Positions 32,286 to 44,292 of a stretch of 64,000 nt of DNA are shown here, in pieces (positions within the stretch are counted from its first letter, which is position 1; the number at the start of each line of letters is the position of its first letter). A model generated the notes under the pieces. The model was not told the origin of the DNA and made no database searches. It saw only the letters and a list, made by a program, of their open reading frames with translations. The DNA comes from Chrysomallon squamiferum (Eukaryota; Animalia; Mollusca): contig CM022675.1 of the NCBI GenBank assembly GCA_012295275.1, positions 3,038,001-3,102,000 on the forward strand, in the 5' to 3' direction. Position numbers and translations under genes: made by a program.

Positions 32286-33901
32286 GATGAAGATAAGAAA
32301 GTTTATGACTTTCCTAAAGATATGCACTTTTTCGTTACATTTTGAACAACTGCTGCACTATGTCAAATCTCAAGAAATTTAAATTTTGATAATCTTGTTC
32401 TAAGATGTCTCCAGAAGAAGATAACTATGTTAGACAAGTCAGTGGAGCGTGTTTCTCTCGAGTCAAACCGACTCCTGCAAAAAATCCTCAGCTTGTTGTA
32501 GTGTCTGAGTCTGTGATGGATTTTCTGGGAATTTCAACAACAGAAATAAACAGACCTGACTTTGTCCAGTATTTCAGTGGAAATAAAATTTTGCCAGGAT
32601 CGCAGACTGCTGCTCATTGTTACTGTGGACATCAGTTTGGGTCATTTGCAGGTCAACTTGGTGATGGTGCTGCAATGTAAGTTATGACTTTTGTTTAATA
32701 TTTAAATTAAATTTAAAATATAAACAAACATATAATGACATATATATATATATATATGTTTGTGTCTATGTGTATGTATATTCATATATATATATATATA
32801 TATGGGTCATTCCGTGTCAAATCACCCAAAAAAAAAAAAAAATTAAACCCGACCATCTCAGATTTTTATAAAACTTGGTATACTTGTTGACTGGGATCCC
32901 ACAGCATCAAATCTGAAATTTTATATCAATCAGACCAGTAGTGTGGGAGATATGGCACACCGAATTTTGAGATTTTTGCCCAAATGGGTGTGACCACCAA
33001 CCTTAGAACCCTCATATCTCAGGAACTACTCGGCCAATCTTCATAAAATTGGTATTGTTAGAAAGGCAAAATGACAAGGATTCCAAATCTGCCATTTTTG
33101 TTTAGTTTGAAAAATATTGGAGTACCTTGACCTTTTGACCTTTACTATGACCTTGAAATTGACCATGTGGATCACATGATCTTGAGATGATCTTTATTGA
33201 AATTTAATCTCCCACATGTTAACTAAAACATATAAAAGTTTCCTGAGTGTAATATTTTTTGTTTAGCCACAATATAGATTTAAAAAATGCACATACATGA
33301 AAATAACACCTTTTCAGCCATTAACATCTGATTAACTAAAAACTTAATGATCAATTCTGGATGCTAGGAATCACCATCTTTCTGAGACGGTCAGGTTTAA
33401 ACCACTGGGTGATTTGACACGGAATGACCCATATACATATATATGAATATACATACACATAGACACAAACACATTCATACATTATTGGCTCTCTAGTAGT
33501 ATTACAGTTACTATTATTATTGTTTTTATTATTAAATAATTCTACTATTTTGATTCTTTATTTTTTGTTATAATTATTTTGTAATTAATTTATTATAACT
33601 CTTTTCTTATTGTTCTTGTTACTCGATATTTCTAATTGTTCTTGTTACTTGTCACCCAGTACTTCTATTATTATAATTATTACTGTTATTGTTTCAAATG
33701 TTGTTGTTATTCTTAATATTATTATTACCATCACCATATTCATCATTATTATTTTAAATTAGGTGTCTGGGAGAGTTTGTCAATGATAAAAAAGAGAGAT
33801 GTGAACTACAGTTAAAAGGTTCTGGTTTGACTCCATATTCCCACACAGCTGATGTCAGAAAAGTTTTAAGAAGTAGTATCCAAGAGTTTTTGTGTAGTGA
33901 G
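32286..33901 (+). pseudogene. SELENOO: Selenoprotein O (protein adenylyltransferase SelO) 5' fragment, degenerate
   Basis: Exon 32286-32676 reads LNFDNLVLRCL, then a frameshift, then PEEDNYVRQVSGACFSRVKPTP...FSGNKILPGSQTAAHCYCGHQFGSFAGQLGDGAAM. Exon 33763-33901 reads [46 protein letters not shown]. These are SelO signature motifs with several conserved residues changed. No downstream exons were found before gene E. Confidence 0.88.
32804..33430. mobile_element. Non-autonomous DNA transposon (MITE), possibly Sola-like, in the SELENOO intron
   Basis: Perfect terminal inverted repeat GGGTCATTCCGTGTCAAATCACCCA / TGGGTGATTTGACACGGAATGACCC. Subterminal IR taaacccgaccatctcaga / tctgagacggtcaggttta. 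ATAT on both sides and no ORF. The superfamily call is tentative. Confidence 0.85.
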
Positions 33902-34779
33902 GTAATCTTTTCTTCTTTTCTAATTTATATAAATGATTTATGATATTATTTCTCTAATTTTAAGTTATTTATTGTTATTATTGTTATGTTATCCTCATAG
34001 TTTTACTAAAATGATACTCTCATTTTTTTATTTTCATTGCTATTTGTTATTGTTTATAATATTTAAATGGCATATTCCCTACTTTTTATAATAATATATG
34101 TTTGTGTACATGTATGTAATATATATGTGCATATGTGTTTTTCACTGTGTATATATGTTTACATATGATAACTTGTGGACAAAACACACACACACACACA
34201 CATACATAAACATGAATATAAGTATGCAGACTTTCATACACTGTATAATAATTATTCTGTGAATGCTGTCTACCTTTCTGTTTGTTTTTCATTTTATCTT
34301 TCTTATTTCTTCAGTTGACCTCTTTTTCTTTTTCTTTTTCTTTTCTTATTGTGGTTTGTTGACACAAATAATGAACTGAATAATGTAAGGTAATTTAAAA
34401 TTCAAAATTCAAATTAAAGACCGCAATAAAGAAACAGGTGATTTGAACAAATAAAAAAACAAACACAAAACAAGCAGATAGAGAGATACTCTGTATTAGT
34501 AAGTTTATTTAAAGTTGATGTCTAAGTTATTATCTTCCTAGAACAACAGACACACTCTGTCTCACCTTCTGATTTCTTAACGATAAAAGTTTTTAATGTA
34601 CAAAGTCTGATGTAAGATTATAAACAATAAAAATGTTTTACACTCAGGTCTCTGTTTAACAACTGTTTCATATATCACTGCAGTTTTTCTGCTTATATCT
34701 TTTACAAAATCAGTCTTCTGGAAAAACAAGTGTTGTTAAAAATAGATGTTTTACTTCCTTGTGCAGCTAGTAGGGTGTC

Positions 34780-37700
34780 ATGGCTGATCTATGGGGTACA
34801 AGTCATCTGCTTCTTACAACTTTTGGCCTGATTTTCTCTCAACTGTTCTCTGCATCAGGTAAAATATTTACCTTTTTTATTCTATTTTCTTAATTATACG
34901 CAATTATATCAGCTTTCATAAAGAAGTCAGATTTTCTCTCAACTATTCTCTGCATCAGGTTAAATATTTATCTTTTCTTATTGTAAGTAATTAAATAGCT
35001 TTTATGAAATAAAATTATATTACATATATACCTACCTACCTAAATACATACAAATACCATTATTTTAATTTAAGCCCCTCTTTTTTGTAGCTAACTAAAT
35101 AGCATTAATGAAAGAGACAGAAAAAAAACACAGAAATTATAATGGTTGTTTTATAAGTAAATATATTGTGTTTCATTACAGCTACTCTGCATGTATTAAA
35201 TGACGTCACATGGGATACAGCATTTTACACATGTCATCAACATGGAGAACAGCTGTACAGTACGTCAGATATTACATCACTGAGTGATGTCACAGCTGGA
35301 TCTTACTGGATTGGAGCAAAAGTTCAGTACAGTTCATGGATGTGGACAGGTGATATAAATTATTATTTTGTTGTACTGTGCAGTTACAATCACAAAACTT
35401 AAAGAAATAAGCAGACCAAAAATTATGATGACTCTGAATATTCAGTTGTATTAAATTTATATTAGTTTTTTATATGTGCATGATAATTTGTACATTTATT
35501 AAATATACTTGCTAATATTGTTTTACAGTGTGAATTTATTGTTACATGATAAGGTATAAAATACACAACTATAATAATAACTTAAATAGATTTTATTTGG
35601 CTTTAGTACCAGTGTTTCTCTATCAGTTCTATAAATAGGCATCTAATGATGTGATGTAAAATACAACATGTATGTCTAATTAACAAAACTAATTAACATA
35701 TTTATATTACATTTACTACAATTCTTTTCTTTTAAACCAGATATCTCTTATTTATTTATATCTTTTACACTTTCTCATTTTCTCTTATTAACATTATTAT
35801 TATTATTATTATTATTATTAACATTATTATTATTATTGCTGCAGCACAAATTGTTGTTGTTTTATTAGTTGAATATTAGTTCAGGATTTATCTACTTTTT
35901 AACAGATTCAGAAAAGAAATGCACATACTTCTATAAATGTTGCTATTTCTGGTATTTTACATTTTCAAATCAGTTATATTAAACAAATCAAGTTTGTTTT
36001 ACAGCAGATAACACACCACTGTTTGATTACAATGGAGAAGTGAATGAATCACAGTCTGAACAGTTTTATCAAATCAAATACGACAACCAGGCAAGCCGAT
36101 GTTACTACAAATGTCAACAACACAAAACTACTGGAAGTGTGATGTATGTGGGATTGCAGGTTAGTATCATAGTTTTATTTTATGATTTATTTATTAAGCT
36201 TACATGAAATGCACACGCACCCACTTATAAAGCCTAGGAATGTTTATTAAGACCTGAAGAAAAAAAAAGTGTATCTGGTTGTAGTCACTAAAACAATGAC
36301 CCTTTTAGTTTAATAGCAAATATCTTTTACATGAACACAGTTATGCCATTGTCTGTGATTAATATGTTACCTTGTTTGGAACGGGATTCAGGTTATGCTG
36401 GTGTGAAAGTGGGAAGAAATTATTGTTATTTTAACAAGTGTTATTTTAAATGTTTGTATTACAGAGAGAGAAATGTTACTGTTTTAAACAGAATCAGATT
36501 TTACATGGATTTGTTCAAACAGAAAATAAAACTGGTTGTTTGGGAAACTTCAAAGAAAACTGTGGAACTGAATATACAATGAGTTTTTATAAAACAGGTA
36601 AAATTTTATTTAATATATAATTATTTTACTAATATTAAGATACTGATAGTTCCTAAACAAATACATAACTAAAAAAACAAACAACAAAACAAAACAAAAC
36701 CTAAAATAATTTGTAAATTTTATTTTAAAACAGAAATTCTTATCTGACTTATTAAATGCAAACTACAATTACAAGCAAAATCTATGTTAATAAATAAAAA
36801 CATCCCCAAGAGGTTTTTGGTAAAGTCGTTATACTTGGTATATTCTGCTCATTTGGATTTAAATCCTCTCCTGAAATAAAACTCTGTAACAAATTCTGTC
36901 ATTTCTTTTTTTGGGGCTCATTGTTACTACTACAGTGCTTCATCATCATTGTTACTACTACAGTGCTTCATCATCATTGTTACTACTACAGTGCTTCATC
37001 ATCATTGTTACTACTAATACTACTACTATTGCTACTGCTACAGGTAGTAACATCAACAATTATTACTACTAATATACAAAAACAGAAACAGCTCCTATAG
37101 TACTACTGCTATTGCTACTACTTTTATTATACTATAAATGCTGCACTATTATCAACTATCTTTTACTTCTGCTACTAGTATTATTGCTACTGCTACCATT
37201 ATTAATACTGCTACTACAACTACTGTTACAACTACTAAAACTAGAACAAACTTTACTACTACTACATCTATTACTTTTACAGATTTTACAGCTGATCTGG
37301 GTATTCGTGGTTTGTGTGGGTATGTGGAAAGTGAGCCATACATGTTAATACTGAAAGCAGATGAAAACTGTGATACGAAGAAAGCATTTGTTTGTGACTG
37401 TGAGTCAGTGATTTGAGTATAATATTATAGGTTACTTGCATGAATATTCACATAATAAGTAATCATAAACATGCATTATTTAGTTCTGTATAATTTTAAA
37501 TTTTTTTTTTTTTTTTTTTATATATTATATTACTTTATCAAGTTTATGTTATATTATATTATTGTACTATAAGGAAAACTGCTAAAAACAGAACTACACA
37601 TATACTCACACAGAAATGTACAATAACACTGAAATAAATACATCTGAAATTATGCATGTATATATACTTATGTCAATGTATGTGTTTATTTGTCTGGGAA

Positions 37701-40700
37701 TAACTGAGTGTAAATGTTGATGTACAGATTTGTTAATTTACAATTGTGTTTCAATTTAATTGAACATAAGTTGGACATTTATAGAATTCATATAACTGTT
37801 TGTGTAGTAATGTATGATTTCATGTTATGTCAACCTTGTACATGTATGTACTTTAAAGTAAATCCATTAATTAGTTTAAATCAAACACAATTCATATCTC
37901 AGTATGTTTAATATTTACAATTTTTTTTTTTTTAATTTGTAACACACCTTAACATCACTGTCAGTTTCAAGTCAACTATTCTGTATATACATGTCTTGTT
38001 TATGTGAACAGAAGTGTGAAAGATCTAAATAAGTAAGAGATATTTGGGTTAAAAAAAAAGAAAAACAAAATATGTTTCACAAATATTAATATCTTAATTA
38101 ACTTTGTTAATTAGACATACCTGATATAATGTATTTCACATTACACGACTAGATGCCTATTTATAACACTGAGAGAGAAATACTGGTACTATGGTCTAAT
38201 AAAATATACATTGTGTGTGTGTGTGATTATATAATAACTATATATTTATTTAATTAATTGCTTATATTTTTCCTCAGGTCCAGGACAGTATTCTAATAAC
38301 TCATGTTACAATCATCACATGACTCACAGCTGGTTTTCATCTAATTCAAGCTGTGATTTAGCAAAACCAAACACACGTAACTCTGAGACAATAAGACGAA
38401 GATTGTGGGTTGGTGGAAAACAGTACTGGATTGGATTAAAACGTGACAAACAAGTAGTTTGGATTGACACTTTCAATGGTGAGTTACTGAATATTAATAT
38501 TAGTTATTAAATATTTTGTTATGAAGAACCTGATTAGTTGTCATTCAACCCAGTAAAAATATTTGCTTTTTACACTTTATTATTTGAATTTTATTTTGAT
38601 GAACTTTATTCTTTATTTTTTTATTTTTTTATTTTTTCATTCTTATATGATATCTTATCTAACTTTTTCTTTATTTAGTTTCTTTTTTGAGTTTTCAACT
38701 TTTCAATGTTTATGAATTTTCCAAATCATCTTTAAAATTGCTTTTAATAAGGAATTTATCTATGAGAATATTTGACCTGATGAGGAAAATATCTTTATTT
38801 ACTTCATTATTTGTTTGTTTGTTTGTTTATATTTTATTGTTCAATCGATTTATTCTTTTGGTATAGTAAAAAGTACTTTTCTAATTTTATTTTGGTTCAT
38901 TATGTAAAAAATTCAATTTTAGAAGATGAAACACTGAATATAAGCATTACACAGAATGGCTGCCTTTTGTTAAAAAAATTCTCAAATGGAAAAAATTCAT
39001 TTTTAATCAGTAACTGCAGTATCCACCACTCTGCCATTTGCATTAACAGTAAGTATTATTTATTTATTTATTATAATTATAAAAATCCAGTTTGTAGGTT
39101 TTGCTAAATAAATTTAATAACTTTCATACAATCTGTACCAGTTTAAAACAGCTTTGTTATGTCTGCCAAGTGACTAAAAATCATGTAGAAATACAAAGAA
39201 CACATTAGTTTTCAACTCTCACGTAAAACACATTTTATTATTCTGTGTATATTTGCTACATTCTTGGCTCTTCTTGTTTTAATACAACATATATAAATTT
39301 GCCATCTGGATTCAGTTGTTTGTGTCAGATATTGAGATGCTTTGTTATGAAGGTCATGGCTGGAAGCAGTTGAACTTGGTCTGCTGAGATCAAGTGTTAT
39401 GAAGTTATTATTGTTTGAGATGTCTGACTCAACAGTGATCTAAGCAGAACTTACTGAAGTTCACAGAGATGACAGAATCAGTGATTGTAATTCATACGTG
39501 AATTATTATCTGATCTGTACAAAGTAACATTTATGAAAACTGAGACTGTGATGATGATTTAATAAGAACATTTTTTATTCACTGTTAGCTTGAATATAGC
39601 ACCTTTGATGATTAAAATCAGGGAATATAATTTTTTATTTTTTATTTTGTCTTGCTTCAGTTCATCACATAGAGTATCACTTTAACTGGATGTAGATTCT
39701 GAGCTTGTTAAACTTATAACTGGAAGTATTATAGGTATTTAACTTATTAGACAAACTTTACCTGAATTATGTTAAAAAATTATCAAATTTTATTTACATA
39801 ATGTACTAATACTCAAGGCAGTTTAAGTAACTGTACATTAGTAACTGGTGAAAATAGGATGAGTGTATTTGATACACAACAAGTGAACATCAGTGTCATC
39901 ACAACACTGGTGTTAAAGGATCTCTGTCTATGAAATGCTGAAGAGAAAATATAGTTGTTGGTTGACATTTAAATATGTTTTACTTATGAACGTAATTCTA
40001 TAGATTAAAGGAATGTTGTAGTTGATTGTTTAAATGACGTTGATGTGTAACTAAATTTAAACATTTCACAGATTTCAGTGTTCAGACTTCCACACAGACA
40101 GACAGATTTACAACACAGACAGGTACGTGAGTCTTAAACAATGCTGTTTGTTTATTTGATAGGCTGTTATTCATTTATTTATTTGTTTGTTTGTTGATTT
40201 ATATGTGTAGATAGATAGATAGAGAGATAGATAGACAGATTATAGATATAGATATATTTTAAGCAGCATTAACTAATACTACAACTTCAGTCACAACTTC
40301 CACTACTGTTAATTCAGAGTGTTTCTCTTACATTTTATTTTAATATTTTTCTGTTCAAATGAAATAAACTGACAGATAGTAAAACAATTTTTTGTTTTGT
40401 TAATCTTCAAGTCTTTTGTTTTACATGTTTTATAGATTCTTCATCAACTCAAGTTCCGATCACCTCCAAAACAACAATTAATTCAGGTAAAAATGTAAAC
40501 AATATGAATATCTGTGTGATACGTTTTGGGAGGCAGGCAAAGGAATGATAATTTCACCATTGATTAATTAATTAATTTTTTATACTTGTTTCTTAAAAAT
40601 TAATTATTTTATTTTGACACTTATTTATTTTTTTAACCTAATTTATTTATTTATTTGTTTCTTTAGTATTGTTTTGCTATTGTTTCTGAATTATCATTTG

Positions 40701-43700
40701 TATTCTCAGTAAATATTTTTAACAGTATAAGAATATTTTTCATTATTCTAAACTTTTGCAGGTCAAAGTTCAACCAGAAAAACACAGAAATTTTCACTTT
40801 GTGAATGTATCATTATGAATTTTAATGTTATTATTTAAAAGTTAAACTAAATGTTCTTTATTTTATTAACTAAATAAAACATTAATATCTGATTTTTATG
40901 AAAAATCGTGTCTGTGTGCACTAGTATTTGTCATTATAATCAGTGAACACAAAAATATGCATATCCTTCTCTTCAGAAAATGGATATTAGCAAGCATTTC
41001 TTATTTAGTAATAATACTTTATTTTTGTTGTATTTTATAAATTTATATTTCTTTATTGCAGTTGTTGTTGTTGTTTAGTTTAAAAGGTAAATAGAGTTAA
41101 TGTTCTTGATTTTGTAAGTAAATATATTGTGTTTTATTACAGCTACTCTGCGTGTATTAAATAACGTCACATGGAATACAGCGTTTTATACATGTCATCA
41201 ACATGGAGAACAGCTGTACAGTACGTCAGATATTACATCACTGAGTGATGTCACAGCTGGATCTTACTGGATTGGAGCTAAAGTTCAGTACAGTTCATGG
41301 ATGTGGACAGGTGATATAAATTATTATTTTGTTTTACCGTGCAGTTACAATCACGAAACTTGATGAAATAAGCAGACCAAAAATTATGACTACTATGAAT
41401 ATTCAATTATATCAAATTTATATTACTATTTAATACCTACCAGATAATTTGTATATTTAATAAATATATTTCCTAGTATTGTTTAACAATGTATATTTAT
41501 TGTTGTTGCATAAGGTATAAAATACAAAACTATTACAATAACTAAAGTGTATTTTATTAGACCATAGTACCAGTATTTCTCTCTCAGTGTTATAAACAGG
41601 CATCTAGTCATGTAATGTGAAATACATTATATCAGGTATGTCTAATTAACAAAGTCAATTAAGATATTTATATTTATGAAACAATTTTTTTTTTTTTTTT
41701 AACCCAAATATCTCTTACTTATTTGCATCTTTCACACAATCATTTTCCGTCTCTGTATTATTATTATTGTTGCTGTTGTTTTTATTATTATTAGTGCTGC
41801 AGCACAAATCATTGTTGTTGTTTTATTTGTTGAATATTAGTTAGGTGTAACATTATAGAGTTCATATTTGTCTTGAACATTCTTTTTGAAAGACAGAATA
41901 TATTAATAAATATAATTAAATCCATAAAAGAAATGCACATAATACTATAAATGTTACTAGTTCTGGTATTTTAATTGTTTTAAAATTGATTATATTAAAC
42001 AAATGAAGTTTGTTTTACAGCAGATAACACACCACTGTTTGATTACGTTGGAGAAGTGAATGAATCAGAATCTGAACAGATTTATCAAATCAAATACTAC
42101 AACCAGGCAAGCCGATGTTACTACAAATGTCAACAACACAAAACTACTGCAAGTGTAATGTATGTTGGATTACAGGTTAGTATCATAGATTTATTTATGA
42201 TTTATTTATTAAGCTTACATAACATGCACATGCACCCACTCATAAAGCCTAGGAATACTTATTAAATATCTGAAAGAAATTATATATGGTTATAGTCACT
42301 AAAACAACAATCCTTACAGTTTAACAGGAAGTATTTTTTACATGAATACAGTTATATCATTGTGATTAACATGTTACCCTGTTTGGAATGGGAAACAAAT
42401 TCTGTTGATGTGAAAGTGATAAGAAAGTATTTGTTTTTTATTTTGACAAGTCTTATGTTTAATATTGTAAATGTTTGTGTTACAGAGACAGAAATGTTAC
42501 TGTTTTAACTCGAGAAGCTGGAATCAGATTTCACGTGGATCTGTTCAAACAGAAAATAAAACTGGTTGTTTGGGAAACTTCAAAGAAAACTGTGGAACTG
42601 AAAACACAATGAGTATTTATAAAACAGGTAAAATCTTGTACATGAATGTAGACTTTTTTATACTCATGTCTATCTGTGATACTGTGAGCAATCTTGAATT
42701 TTTCTAATTTTTTATTTATTTATTTTATTTAATTTTATTTCATTTATTATCTTTTTCATATTTTGTTTTTGTTTTCTTACTTCATTTTATTTTATTTGTT
42801 TTAATTTATTTACAGATTTGACAGTCAATTATGTTATGTGGTTACTTCATGTTGATGGTGTTTGTGGCTACATTGAACAAAGTGTAAATACTTTTGTGAA
42901 AACAGATAAAAACTGTAACACACAAAGAGGATTTGTCTGTGACTGTGAGTCAATATTTCTGTTTCAGTATTGTTATTTTTCTGAGCTGTAAAAGAGAACA
43001 CAAAGACAGTCATGAAATGTTACAAATTTTACAAAGCTCATTTAGAAGATATATATATATATATATATATAAAACCCTTTTATTCCTCTACTGGACTTCG
43101 TCATCAAAATCATCATCATCATCATTCCAGGTTCACTTTTGTGGACAGACATGTACTTCTAATACTTCTGTCTTTGTCTTCAGAATTCCAAAATAATACA
43201 ATATATGGTACTTTTGGAATGATGTAACTTTTAGTTTATTTACTTTATTATTATTATTAATTTGTTTGTTTGTAATTGTCATTTGTTTTAATTTTCTTAT
43301 TGCATTACAGGTAGTGGAAATTACAACAATACTTCCTGTTATCATCATGATAAGACTCACAGCTGGTTTTCATCTAACTCAACTTGCTCTTTAACAAAAC
43401 TAAATAAAAACAATGCTCAACTAATTAGTGAAAAAATATGGGGTGGAGTACAGTACCGGATTGGACTAAAACGTGACAAACAAATAGTTTGGTTTGACAG
43501 TTTTTACAGTGAGTAATTGTAAAACTGATTCACTCTTAAATCAAAAACTTTTCTTCATTTTTATTTATGTTCTGATTCAGATGATTTACCTTTATATTTC
43601 AATTATTATTATTGTTGTTGTTGTTAGTTATTAAATGTGGCTGTTTATTTATTTACTGACTTACTTGTTAACGATTTCTAGCGAATTTTGAAAGTATTTT

Positions 43701-44261
43701 TCTTTTTATTTGTTGAATTATATAAACAAAAAAGATATATTGAATTTCAGATGAAACACTGAATTTAAAGATGACACAAAATGGTTGTGTTTTGCTGGAA
43801 AAATTTCCAGACGGCAAAACTTCATTTTCAGTTACTAACTGTAGTGATGTCCACTCTGCCATTTGTATTAGGAGTAAGTATTATTTATTTATTTATTTTT
43901 TCTCCACACAGGAGATAAATACATGTACTTGGCATCATCTTCTTCTACCACTCTAATTCATAATCTGCTAAATTTATTTATTTACGGGTGTGAAATATGT
44001 ACGTTTATTCCATACCACCCTATTTTCAAATCAGATTAGCATTGTTCATTAAGATAAATTGTGTATACATATATGAAATTAATTTAAATGTTCTCTAACA
44101 AGAATATTTTACTGTGACTGACAAAATAAATAAATAAATAAAATTATAAAATAGGTGTTTTTTTAGATCATTTATTAATGCATTCATTCTGAAATATTTT
44201 GAAAATAAATTATGTAAAATGTTAAAATTTACTTTTCGGATAAGACTAAACATGTTAGAAA

Positions 44262-44292
<31 letters not shown>

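Noticed and set aside
36918-37016. 28-bp repeats as a possible CRISPR array
   Set aside because: The units are contiguous with no spacers, in a eukaryotic intron.
37138-37282. Thr-rich in-frame extension upstream of exon 5 in gene E, resembling a mucin insert
   Set aside because: It is ACT-rich intronic repeat. A good acceptor (ttttacag, 37282) matches the paralogous exon boundary.
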